Below, piece after piece: positions 36,946 to 48,381 of a stretch of DNA of 64,000 nt; the stretch's first letter is position 1, and every line of letters starts with the position of its first letter. The translations under genes and the position numbers were made by a program. This DNA is from Rhina ancylostomus (lineage: Eukaryota). The notes beneath the pieces were generated by a model. The model was not told the origin of the DNA, did no database searches, and was given only the letters and a program-made list of their open reading frames with translations. The stretch lies in NCBI GenBank assembly GCA_030265395.1, contig JARFYF010000001.1:44985220-45049219 (forward strand). The letters run 5' to 3'.

Positions 36946-39900
36946 GATCTCCATAAAATATTTTCCTTACCTCTCACTTATTGTAATTTCAGTCAAATAC
37001 TTAAAATGCCTCATTAACATCATACTATTTCTCTTTGCAAGGACTGCTTTTAAATTGCTATTATATAATTGTGGCATAGCCTAGTATTGTGACCAGGAGT
37101 CAAACTAAACTAGGGAAGCAGCACAACATAAAACAGAACAATTCCAAACAGAATATTACAACACTTTCATCATGAAGTTCAATCATCATAGCTCCCGTTC
37201 TTCTCTCATCTTATTGTTGAACACATGTTTTAAATTAAGATACCAACATGAATGGCAAAGCCTGCAGTGCAGGACACCACACAGAATAAAAAGGGCACAA
37301 AAGAAACAGTAGTCATGCAGTTGTTAGTGGGTAATGACACGTGGACTTCAAAGCCTGAAGATAGTAGGAGGAAGGAAAAATCGAAGAGCCCTCCTAACAA
37401 GGCAGTGGTGCTTTTGATAAAAATTAAGATGTGTGAAAGAACACAGTAAAGAAAAAAATGCAAGGGGAAAAATAGGCTATTAAATATGATTGGTTATCAC
37501 AGGCAAAATACAGGACCATTAGAATCCATACAATTATCTATTGCCATTGGCAAGATTTTTGGACAATGTCAAACCCTATTACCAATTGCTAGATTTAGAT
37601 TTCAGAATCTAAATCATACTTTTTGAGAAACTGAGCTTTGTGGCATCGTAATACTGAGATTGTCATTGTGTGCAAGGCGGTTTTTGGCCTGAGATATGCA
37701 GATTAGGCAGACTGTAGCATCAGTCAGTGAGGAATGTTGATGCGAGCAGTTCAATTTTTGAGCACAATGCTCTGGTTATGTCCTCTTTTAACCTCTCATG
37801 GTTAAACATAAATTCTAACTACATGAAGGAGCAGACCAGAATAACCAAATGCCAACAAGTAAATTCCTCAAAGGTAGCTTGTGGCTATTGCTATGATTCT
37901 GCTCTCTCTTGTTTGCAGTTGCAAAAGTTGACTAGAAATTATGCTATGGGTGCAGAAGGACTTGCTCAAGGCTTCTGCACTGGTGCAATATGGGTATTCC
38001 TCTGGGACTGTAGCTTGCAGAGACACACAGAATCACACAGCTGCTGTAAGAAGTGAGAGGAGAGAAGATCAACTCTCAGCTGGATGTCATATTCACTCTG
38101 GACATTCAGAAGCTGATTGGTAGACATTACTGGAAGATGACTGATCAGGGTGCAGAATATTGAGCAGTTGTTTAAGATGTGATGCATTTCCTAGGATATA
38201 ACATTTGAAGATGTTTTCACTAACCATGGGTGAGATAATTGATCTGAATTTCTTGTGGCACTGCATGCAGCCCCTTGGGGCTTGACTCTTGGCATTAAGC
38301 TTCATGGCAATTGCTCCCAGAGCCTTTTGAGCATGTGGATGCAGAGACTCTTGACCCTCTGTGGAAGCAGACCTGTCCCCTACTTTCCAATTCTTCCAGT
38401 AGGACCCCTATGGCCACTCAAACTATAGGCCCCTGGCTGAAGCATCCAGCATTAGTGCTGGCTGTCCACTGTAATGGAGTTGGCATGCTGTCTGCATAGC
38501 AATCAATGGGCAAGCCTTAATTGTACATTATGACCTATGAACCCATATTCAGGGCCATCCTATTTAGCCCCTTGGATGCATCTAATTCAGTACTTGTTTA
38601 CTCCCACTGCAGTGAACCTTTGCTCTTCATGATTTTCAAAGTTCTGGATGCTTTCCTGATTTTAATGAGGCCAGTGTGTGGTTCACAAATGTAACAATGC
38701 TAATTTAATTTTATATGGTAACAAAACAGTCTTAGAATCTGCCCCCTACTGAGTTGGCTCTGGCAGACGATGCTGGCTGGTTATATTTAAATGTTTGCAG
38801 CACATCTAAACTCATAAGCAGACTGCTGGATGAGATATTGCCACATACCTTACTATTAAAGGTGCGTGATTTGTTGTGACTAATTTACTGTCCATGTACA
38901 GAATGAGCAGAAGTCATATTCACACGTCCCACCAGGAAGAATCAACAATATCCTTTCAACGGGACCTTGGGTAGCAAGGTAATTGTCATGCAAATGGTGT
39001 TGTGAGTAATAATCTGCCCTTTAATGATGAAATGATGGACCTGCCAAACACTAGATCTGCCATGAACTGCCTGCATTTCCCTCCTGCTAGGCAAAAAAAA
39101 AAGATGCCCATCTGGGAGTTATTAACATATCCTCCTCAATTCAATACTGACTTTAGCATAATCCATATTTGTTGGAGGAAGTCCAGCAGCAGCTAGAGAA
39201 CAGCAGTCATATGTTGCTGTGACACANNNNNNNNNNNNNNNNTAAAGCATGCTTGGGCAGCTAAGCAATTCAGAAATGCAAATATCAAAAATGCTCCTCT
39301 GACTAGATAAAAAGGACAAATCCCTCTTGGCAAGACATCCAAGTTACTTGTTTTCTAGCTTGAATTCTCCAAATGATGTCTTATAGCTATAAATAGAAGA
39401 TCAAAGCTTGTGTCATCCCCATTATGTCTCTAAATGGGTTATGTAGAAAAAAGTCTTCACCAATGAATATGTGTCTCTTAAATAGCTGACACCAAATTTC
39501 CTATCTGACAAGGAGTGAGCTTGACTGAAATAAAATGAAAATCAAGATAACACTCTCAGTTTTATTTAAATCTTTTATCCAAAGACCGGATCCATTCTTT
39601 CTGGCTGAAGCCCCAGTTTTTAACTACAGAGGCTACTCTTCTTAAAACAGAACCCTGACTTCCATTACAGATTAAACATGAGATAAAACCACAATGAATA
39701 TTAATAGACTGTACTTAAATATTCAGAACTAAGCATAGATATGAACATTTGATTTAATTGCTGAAATTATAATTATTTGTTGAAGGAACAAATTTACAGC
39801 AGGTTTGAAAGCTTTTCGCAGTTTGCTGTTCATGGGCTTTGATTCGTTTAGCCTGAGATAATGCGAACAATTAGACACCCAGCATTTTCTTTGGCATCCT

Positions 39901-40189
39901 TCCAGGAAGAACTGAGAGCCAGTGGTAGTGCAGATTTCCCAGAGCACACTGACAAGATAACTGTTCCTGTTCTCAAGCTATGAGGCTAGTACTGTCAGTT
40001 TAACACCAGGGTAACACAGCTACTGTGAGCTCATTTAAAGCCATAATTTTTATAGATTTGCCCTTGTGGCTGAATATTATTAAATTAATTGTTTTTTTAA
40101 ATAATCCATTTTGACCATGAAGATTATTGTTTCATAATCATCTCTAATTTATAGATATATTTTAACTTCAAAGTACATACATATTTATA

Positions 40190-40960
40190 AGATGTTGGTG
40201 CCACTTTGTTAGAATTATTGTCCTGCCTTGCCCTTGAACCACTGCAGTCTATGTGGTGAAGACAGTCCCAGGATTTTGCATCAGTGATAATGAAAGAACA
40301 GGATTACAATTACATCACAGGAGGATCTATGACTTGGGAGGGGAACTTTGAGATAGTGCCCCTACAGAACTGCTGAGCATNNNNNNNNNNNNNNNNNNNN
40401 NNNNNNNNNNNNNNNNNNNNNNNNNNNNNNNNNNNNNNNNNNNNNNNNNNNNNNNNNNNNNNNNNNNNNNNNNNNNNNNNTGTGAGGTGTGGTTTGATGG
40501 GCGGCACAACACGGTGGGCCGAAGGGCCTGTATTGTGCTGTGTTGTTCTATGGTTCTATAATGGGTTTGGGAGGTATTACAGAATGCTGTGAAACAAGGT
40601 TCAGCAGTGCATTTAGCAGATGGTACACACTGCATCCAAGATGGAGGGAGCAGATGCTTATTGTGAAAACTTTGCTCCGGATGGTGTTGAGTCATTTTTG
40701 AGTACAATTTGAGCTATTGTAATCCAGGTAAATGGAAAATATTTACCACCATCCACAAATGTGCATTGTGGATGGTGGTGGATCACACAGCACAGGATAC
40801 CCAGCCCTGCTTTTGTAACCACATGATTGGTCCCTTTCAAGTTCCTGGCCAAATTCTCCAGAATTATTTATTCTGGGCAATTTGTTGAAGGCAAGTCTTT
40901 TAAATGTTAAGGAAGTATGGTTAAATTCTCTCTGGTTGGAAATGGTCATTGCGACATTAC
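40190..40960 (-). mobile_element. Family B LINE 3' region, interrupted by a gap and a CR1 tail
   Basis: ORF 40327..40707 HLLPPSWMQCVPSAKCTA; colinear with 13072-13685 and 50148-50475. Confidence 0.7.
40481..40560 (+). mobile_element. Young CR1 3' tail nested in family B LINE
   Basis: gcggcacaacacggtgggccgaagggcctgtattgtgctgtgttgttctatggttcta; CpGs retained. Confidence 0.85.
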
Positions 40961-41039
40961 TTGCCATAATCCAGGAACATGATGAAACGTCCTCAATTCA
41001 CCTAGATGAGGTCAGCTTCAATAGCACCCAGGAAGCTCA

Positions 41040-41185
41040 ACACTATGACTACTTCATTGTGATCCCATCCACAACCCCAAAGGGCACTGTGTCTCTTCTC
41101 TGAAATGCAATGCAGCAACATTCTTAGGTTTCTTTATCAGCACCTCCCAAGGATAAAGGCACAAGGGAATAGCATTACCTGCAAT
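41040..41185 (+). mobile_element. Family B LINE 3' fragment, opposite orientation
   Basis: aaatgcaatgcagcaac...cagcacctcccaa...attacctgcaa is the reverse complement of motifs at 13310-13400 and 40560-40620. Confidence 0.5.
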
Positions 41186-41261
41186 ATAGTGTTGTTTCTG
41201 AGTCTAAAAGCTGAGTGACTCTACACAACAGCTCTTTTGGAGTGTTTCATTAGAAGGACAA

Positions 41262-41601
41262 CAGCAGTTCATGAAAGGTTTAAACTAGTTTGCCAGGGGG
41301 GTGGGAACCAGAGGGGTAGGTCAGAGGAAGAAGTGGATGTGGAAAAGTCAGATCTAACATGTAGAGAGGCTTTGAGGANNNNNNNNNNNNNNNNNNNNNN
41401 NNNNNNNNNNNNNNNNNNNNNNNNNNNNNNNNNNNNNNNNNNNNNNNNNNNNNNNNNNNNNNNNNNNNNNNNNNNNNNGCATATGGAGGAATTTAAAATA
41501 GGGAGATATGTGGGAGGAAGGGGTTAGATAGTATTAGGGGTGGTTTAAAGGTCAGCACAACATGGTGGGCCGAAGGGCCTGTATTGTGCTGTATTGTTCT
41601 A
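41262..41601 (+). mobile_element. CR1 LINE: ORF1/ORF2 junction, gap, then 3' tail
   Basis: ggtttaaactagtttgccaggggggtgggaacc (end of ORF1, GLN-stop) left of the gap; acaacatggtgggccgaagggcctgtattgtgctgtattgttctat right of it. Confidence 0.65.
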
Positions 41602-43100
41602 TGGCAAGATGGCTCAACACTGTATCAAAAGCTATTGGAAATGGGCATCTTCATCCTATCAATGAACTACAACATTTCACAGCAGGAACTGGATAGGTGG
41701 TTCCATTCTCTGCTTTTGGACTACTCACATAAAGATCACTTTACTGCAACTGTGATCAGGAAAACTTCACAGATGAAGTAACCCAAACTTTGATTGAGAA
41801 TGGTTCGAAACTGATGTGAATGTACTTCAGTAAACTGTTCCTTCATTGTGACATATCACTTCACCCTTGTCACTTGTCATTGATATTTAACTTACAACCA
41901 CCAACTAGCTGTTTTTTTGACGGTTTCAAGCATGAAAATCTCCCAGGTTTGTGCTGCTGGAGTCAAACTGATATGATCTCCTCCCCTCACCGATACCTCC
42001 AAAACACAGTAAGCATCTTAAAAGTGTGCATATGTCATAATGTGCACGTCTAACGTGATCTTCCAAATGGGATCTGGGCTCTCATGTCATATTTTTTGCC
42101 ACCCCTGTAGTTCTTTTGTGTTGCCATTCACTCCTGCACAGAGCTACTAACAAAACATCCTTTATTGAAAGTAATCAATACTCAACCTTTGGTACAGCTT
42201 GACTACACTGTATTGAGCTGACAGCAGTAGGTCCTGTTCCAGCGAAACATCACCATGGAGTTTTTGGATTACCTCCATAGTGCATTATGTTCCTTCTGTC
42301 AGCCATCCAGTGCAGTCTAAGCTTCAGTCTGTTCAGTAAATCTATATAAAACAGAACTCTAGTGGACATGAGACTCTTCCCTGAGAAACATGCAGTCTCA
42401 TCTAAAACAACATCATCTAAGTTATTTGAAATGCCCTTGCTAGAGCACTCGGGCCCAAGCTTCTCACTTTCCACATTATCTATGGATCCTTAGGTAGTAA
42501 TAACAGAGCAGTTCTCTCATTCATCAGAACAACTCTGTTGGAGCTGGATCTGGTGAATCAGGTCTGATAATGTCTGTGAGGTCTTGGAAGTCCACCTGAC
42601 CAGTGGTCTGTTTGGGTGAGACCACTGCACCCTGGATCTCTTCACTGGTCATTGCTACAATTTTCTCAAACAGACAGTCCCTCAAACTAAGTGTCTCGAT
42701 TCAACCACTGCCAGTGATCATTGGTGCACACCTATATCAAACTGCCATGACAGGTAACTGAATGCACCAATCCAACAATTTCTCTCCACTTTAACCTTCA
42801 GTATTCCTCCTACATAGGTGCCAAATACATTTTTGCTTCACATCAATAAAAAACATTTGAGATTTTTCCAATAGAGACACAAATGCATTAGTTATCAATA
42901 AGCACACTTATTATGGCATTCTCAATTAATAAGAAGACTTTTGAATGTACTGACATCAACCTCCTCTTCAGATTCCAATAAAATCTATTCAACATACCAT
43001 TTCCAGCTCTTGACCATCTGATACCAGTATGAGAATGATGATAAAACAGGACTCTTCCATACGTCGGAGAGCTTCTTGTTCCTCCAGTTCTTACACTTGT
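41602..43100 (-). mobile_element. Highly decayed Ty3/Gypsy-like pol relic (tentative)
   Basis: On -: IISVLIDN (protease D-T/S-G-like) near 42910; GTYVGGILKVKV near 42820; KGISNNLDDVVL (YLDD-like) in ORF 42250..42474. Order is protease then RT. Confidence 0.35.
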
Positions 43101-43724
43101 GCTACTTGTCCCTCAGGCTCCTGGCCCTCTGTCTGCTCTTCATCAGACACAGCTGCTGTTTCCTTTTAGCCAGGCTATGAAGCACACTGCAGTGAGGTCT
43201 CTGCAGCAATTGAGCTCACAGCAGTATGTGCAAACTGATAAAGACGTGGATTCTCAATTTAAGGAGTCCAAAGGCATTTCCCACCTTTACATTGGTTGCT
43301 GTGTCATTGTATCACTGGTCAGCTGGAGTGGTTGGGTGGTGAACAGGGGTTAAAAACCACTGAGCTAAAGGGGACCCTCATCTCTCAGATCCTTTCTCAA
43401 AGGTAATGCTGTCCACTGAAGATGTAGGCAGTGTGCATTTCCTAAAATTCTACCACCTCCGCACTGAAATCAAAGTACATATAATTGTTCCAGGGTGACC
43501 TCCCCAATGTTGCAATGAGCAGCAAACTGAGAAAATGGCAGAAATCAGAAGTGGAATGATCCAGAGGCCAGGAAGTTGAAAGTTACCGTTACCTTGATTT
43601 CCAGAGAGAGAGCAGTACATAGAGTGTGTGCTTAAACAACATCTCACAGATGATCACAGATCTCATTTCTTACAGCCTATTGTTCTTTTCTAATCAACAA
43701 AGCCTCATTTTGTCAGACTGTTAA

Positions 43725-43900
43725 CACTAATGGCATTGTGATTAATTTACTAGATTACTATCCAGAGGCTTGGTAAGGGAAGGGAATCTGCCATTCTCAC
43801 TGGTCTGGCCTGTAAGTACATTGAGACCCACTGATATAGTTGAATCTCAGTTATCTCCTCAGTTCAAGCAACTAAGGATAGACAATGAATGGTGGCCTAG
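43725..43900 (+). mobile_element. Short non-autonomous element/SINE sharing 5'-side and tail sequence with family B LINE
   Basis: agggaagggaatctgccattctcactggtctggcctg...gacccac...gttgaatct resembles the reverse complement of 14455-14528; actaaggatagacaatgaatggtggcctag resembles the reverse complement of the family B tail. Confidence 0.55.
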
Positions 43901-44170
43901 GCAGTGTAGCGGTTAGCGTGATGCTATTACAGCGCCAGTGACCCAGGTTCAATTCTGCTGTTGTCTGTAAGGAGTTTGTACGTTCTCCCTGTGTCTGCAT
44001 GGATTTCCTCCCACATTCCAAAGACGTACAGGTTAGGAGTTGTGGGCATGCTACGTTAGCGCCAGAAGCGTGGCGACACTTGCAGGCTGCCCCCAGCACA
44101 TTCTCAGTAACGCAAAAAGACAGATTTCACTGTGTGTTTTGATGTACATGTAACTAATAAATAAATATAT
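43901..44170 (+). mobile_element. Young tRNA-derived V-SINE with Rex/Babar-like tail
   Basis: A box gcagtgtagcgg; B box ggttcaattc; V-domain tgtaaggagtttgtacgttctccc...ttcctcccacattccaaagacgtac; tail tttcactgtgtgttttgatgtacatgtaactaataaataaat. Confidence 0.9.
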
Positions 44171-44419
44171 AATGTTTTATTTTAAAAAAGCTTTAGGAGT
44201 AAATCGGGAAGAATAAGATCATGAGAAGAGTAGCTAATCAAAGTGTAGCACATTCTGCTGAGTTTGGTGATATGGGAAATCAATCAGTATAGAATTAGAG
44301 ACATTAATGTTAACCACTTGAGACTTGCAGATAATTGCTGCAAAATAATACGCTAATCAAATAAAAAGGAATTAAAGGAAGAAACTGGAAAGCTGAAGTA
44401 CACAAATACGATCGGCACA

Positions 44420-44515
44420 CCTGATAAAGGGTCTCAACCCAAAATGTTGACTGTTTATTTCCCTTCATAGGTGCTGTCTGACCCACTGAGTTCCTTCAGC
44501 ATTTTGTATGTGTTG
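44420..44515 (+). mobile_element. Penelope-type terminal repeat with hammerhead relic
   Basis: CTGATAA-a-gggtc-tc-aaccc-aaaatgtt-gactg...ggtgctgtctgacccactgagttccttcagc. Confidence 0.75.
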
Positions 44516-45108
44516 TACCACAACACACCACTTTCTTTTTTGTTTTAAAATCTCAGCAGAGAGTGCAGAGGAGATTCACCAGGATGGAACTTGNNNNNNN
44601 NNNNNNNNNNNNNNNNNNNNNNNNNNNNNNNNNNNNNNNNNNNNNNNNNNNNNNNNNNNNNNNNNNNNNNNNNNNNNNNNNNNNNNNNNNNNNNNNNNNN
44701 NNNNNNNNNNNNNNNNNNNNNNNNNNNNNNNNNNNNNNNNNNNNNNNNNNNNNNNNNNNNNNNNNNNNNNNNNNNNNNNNNNNNNNNNNNNNNNNNNNNN
44801 NNNNNNNNNNNNNNNNNNNNNNNNNNNNNNNNNNNNNNNNNNNNNNNNNNNNNNNNNNNNNNNNNNNNNNNNNNNNNNNNNNNNNNNNNNNNNNNNNNNN
44901 NNNNNNNNNNNNNNNNNNNNNNNNNNNNNNNNNNNNNNNNNNNNNNNNNNNNNNNNNNNNNNNNNNNNNNNNNNNNNNNNNNNNNNNNNNNNNNNNNNNN
45001 NNNNNNNNNNNNNNNNNNNNNNNNNNNNNNNNNNNNNNNNNNNNNNNNNNNNNNNNNNNNNNNNNNNNNNNNNNNNNNNNNNNNNNNNNNNNNNNNNNNN
45101 NNNNNNNN

Positions 45109-45280
45109 GCTCCATTACAGCTGCCACCTTTCATGTAAAGTTGCAGCTTCTTTCTTGGGTGGTCTCGGGATAGCAAAGCAGGGAATTTAGATTTGGCCAA
45201 CATTAATTCCTCAATCAACATTAGTACAACAGATAATACTATCTTAACCTCACCGCTGTTTATGGGATTTACCTGTATCC
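45109..45280 (+). mobile_element. Deu-SINE central fragment
   Basis: aaagcagggaattt...ggccaacattaattcctcaatcaacatt...cagat...gctgtttatgggat. Confidence 0.5.
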
Positions 45281-45286
45281 ACGACT

Positions 45287-45849
45287 AAGGGCATTGAGTT
45301 TAGGAGTAGGGACATTATGTTGCAGTTATATAAGTTGTTGGTGAGGCTGCATTTGGAGTATTGTGTACAGTTTTGGTCACCCTGTTATAGGAAAGACATT
45401 GTCAAGCTGTAAAGGGTGCAGAAGAGATCTATAAGGACGCTGCCTGGACTAGAGGAGCCCGAGTTATAGGGAGAGGTTGGTCATGCTGGATCTTTGTTCC
45501 TTGGAGCGTTGTAGAATGAGGGGTGATCTCATAGAAGTTTATGAAATCATGAGGGATATGGATAAGGTTGACGGTCATCATCTTTTCCCCGGGGTAATGC
45601 AGTCCACAACTTAGAGTGCACAGATAGAAGATAAGAGGCGAAAGATTTAAATGAGACCGGAGAGGTAATTTCTTTACACAGTGGGTAGTGAATACCTGGA
45701 ACGAGCTGCCGGAGGAAGTGGTCGAGGCTGGTACAATCACAAAGTTTAAGAAGCATTTGGATAAGTACATGAAGGGGAGGGGCTTGAAAGATTATGGGCC
45801 AAATGGGGCAACTGGGACTAGTAGGGAAGATGCTGTGGTTGGCATGGAC
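45287..45849 (+). mobile_element. CR1 LINE 3' region
   Basis: [25 protein letters not shown] readable at 45327-45400; ORF 45688 NTWNELPEEVVEAGTITKFKKHLDKYM. Confidence 0.92.
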
Positions 45850-45949
45850 NNNNNNNNNNNNNNNNNNNNNNNNNNNNNNNNNNNNNNNNNNNNNNNNNNN
45901 NNNNNNNNNNNNNNNNNNNNNNNNNNNNNNNNNNNNNNNNNNNNNNNNN

Positions 45950-46362
45950 TGGATTGGAGAGCATGTCTTATGAGGATAGGTTGAGCGAGCTAGGGCTTTT
46001 CTCTTTGGAGAGGAGGAGGATGAGAGATGACTTGATAGAGGTGTACAAGGTGATAAGAGGCATTGATCGAGTGGACAGTCAGAGACTTTTTCCCAGTGTG
46101 ACAATGGCTAACACGAGGGGACATAATTTTAAGGTGATTGAAGGAAGGTATAAGGGAGTTGTAAGGGGTAAGTTTTTTTTTACACAGAGTGGTGGGTGCG
46201 TGGAACATACTTCCTGCAGAGGTTGTGGGGTCAGATACATTAGGGACATTTAAGAGACACTTAGACACATGAATGATTGGAGAAATAGGGGGCTATGTGG
46301 GAGGGAATGTTAGATAGATCTTAGAGCGGGATAAAATGTCGGCAATGCATTGCGGGCCAGAG
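45950..46362 (+). mobile_element. CR1 LINE 3' region (second subfamily)
   Basis: ORF 45954..46253 SYEDRLSELGLFSLERRRMRDDLIEVYKVIRGIDRVD...TRGHNFKV. Confidence 0.92.
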
Positions 46363-46363
46363 G

Positions 46364-47232
46364 TCCCACTCTACTCTGGGGAAAAGATTGTGACTGCTCA
46401 CCTTATCTGTGCCCTCATAACTTGATAAACCTCTCTAAGGTCATCCCAGCCTCCGCCTCACCACCATAAACAGTCCCAGACTATCCAACCTCTCCTTATA
46501 ACTCAAGCCTTCCAATTCAGACAGCTCCCATGCGAATCTTTACTGCACCTTCTCGACTTTAATCACATCCCTACTATAGTGTGGCAATCAGAACTGCACA
46601 TAGTACTTCAAGTATTGGTCTTGGTATATTATTGTCAGCTGTAGTGAGATACAGTGAAAAACTTAGTTTTGCAAGCAATCCATACAGATCATTTCAAATA
46701 CATAAGTACTTTGAGGTAGTACAAGGGAAAAGGAGTAACATAATGCAGAATATAATGTTACAGTTGCAGAGAAAATGTAATGCAGGTAGACAATAAGGTG
46801 CAAGGGCCATGACGAGGTAGGTTTTGAGGTCAAGAGTTCATCAAGTGCAGTCTAACCAAAGATTTATACAACTGTAACATAACATCCCAATTCTTATACT
46901 CAGTGCCTCAGCCAATGAAGGCAAGCATACCATACGCCTTCTTCACTACTCTGTCTACCTTTCTCGCCACTTTCAGAGAACTACGTACTTATACCTCACT
47001 GTTCAGTAACATTTCCCATGGCCCTGCCATTCACTCTATGTCCTGGCCTGTTTAACTTCCCAAAATACATCACTTTGCTCTTGTCTGAGTTAAAAACCAT
47101 CAGCCATTCCGTTGCCTACTTTGCCAGTTGTTCTAGATTCTGTCGTAACCTTAGACAACCTTTGCTGCCCACTATTCCACCAATTTTGGTGTCATCCACA
47201 AACTTCCTAATCATGCCCCCTACATTCTCATC
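46364..47232 (-). mobile_element. CR1 LINE RT C-terminal region, interrupted by a Rex/Babar insertion
   Basis: caccaattttggtgtcatccacaaac is FVDDTKIG on -; cagaactgcacatagtacttcaag is LEVLCAVL/EYCVQF-like; tail-to-tail with 45950-46362. Confidence 0.85.
46614..46840 (-). mobile_element. Rex1/Babar-type 3' UTR insertion with 6-bp TSD TCAAGT
   Basis: TCAAGT at 46608-46613 and 46841-46846; body homologous to 60208-60424. Confidence 0.8.
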
Positions 47233-47294
47233 TGCAGTCTTGTGCAGGTTTAACAAGGATCAGGAAGGATGATCTATAAACACACTATGTGGCT

Positions 47295-47390
47295 AACAAA
47301 ATAAAAGATGCTGGAAATCTGAAATCAAAACACTCAACAGGTCAGGCAGCATCCAAGTTAACATTTCAGATTCTGGATTCTTTGCTTTGA
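47295..47390 (-). mobile_element. Penelope-type terminal repeat fragment
   Basis: agatgctggaaatctgaaatcaaaacactcaacaggtcaggcagcatc...gttaacatttcag. Confidence 0.6.
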
Positions 47391-47460
47391 GGAAACACTA
47401 ACTCCCTTCTTGTGTCAGAGTTTTTGGGAAACATGAATTGTCAGCCAAATCCCAATGACA

Positions 47461-47810
47461 GAAAGAACTTGCATTCACAGGGGACCTTTCTCGGCCTCAG
47501 GATATAACTACACAATCTGTAAGCATTCTGATATGTCTGTACTGCAAGAAAAATAGAAGTTCATTTGTGCACAGTTAGCTTCCAGAGAGTTTAATGTGGT
47601 TAAGGGTCAGATAATCTGTTTCAATGAAGTTAGTTAAGGGATAAATTGTGATCTGAACATTAAGGAGAACTTTTCTGGATTCCTTTGATGCCATTGAATT
47701 TTTTGCATTCACTGTGAGAGCAAAAATTATCTAAATTTAACCCCAAATTATCCAGCACTCCCTCAATGCTGCATTGGCTGAGACTATATCCTAAAATCTC
47801 TGTAATGACT
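47461..47810 (-). mobile_element. Deu-domain SINE, old
   Basis: aagaacttgcattc (reverse complement of L2-type tail gaatgcaagtt); gttaagggataaatt; ggagaact; cagcactccctcaatgctgca (reverse complement of Deu 5' part). Confidence 0.65.
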
Positions 47811-47974
47811 GTTCAACTGCCTGAAGCCTGATCACCCAACCGGTTTTTGATGGGATACTGAAGGCAGGAATTCCATTGTCTGGGATCCAATTGAAGCCAC
47901 GGCTACCAGTGATGGCACATTTAAATCAATGCTAGACACCCTGGATTTACCCTGTCTTTACCTCTCACTGTCTT

Positions 47975-48381
47975 GATGAAGCAACCAGCATAATCAAAGA
48001 CCCCACTCACCTGGGACATTCTCTCATCTCTCCTCTTCCATTGGGTAGAAGATATAGGAGCCTGAAGGCATGTACCACCAGACTTAAGGACAGCATCTAC
48101 CCCACTGTGATAAGACTATTGAACGGTTCCCTTATACAATGAGATGGGCTACAACCTCATGATCTACCTTGTGACGTCGCACCTTATTGCACTGCACTTT
48201 CTCTGTAGCTGTGACACTTTACTCTGTACTGTTATTGTTTTTACCTGTACTACATCAATGCACTCTGTACTGACTCAATGTAACTGCACTATGTAATGAA
48301 TTGACCTGCATGATCAGTTTGTAAGACAAATTTTTCACTGTACCTCAGTACAAGTGACAATAATAAACCAATACCAATACC
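47975..48381 (+). mobile_element. Rex1/Babar LINE 3' end (ORF C-terminus and 3' UTR)
   Basis: 47975-48142 translates without interruption to DEATSIIKDPTHLGHSLISPLPLGRRYRSLKACTTRLKDSIYPTVIRLLNGSLIQ*, the conserved Rex1/Babar C-terminus; ends aataaaccaataccaatac. Confidence 0.9.

Noticed and set aside
44508-45221. Long ORFs containing X runs (also near 32200 and 60400)
   Set aside because: Artefacts of translating through N gaps.
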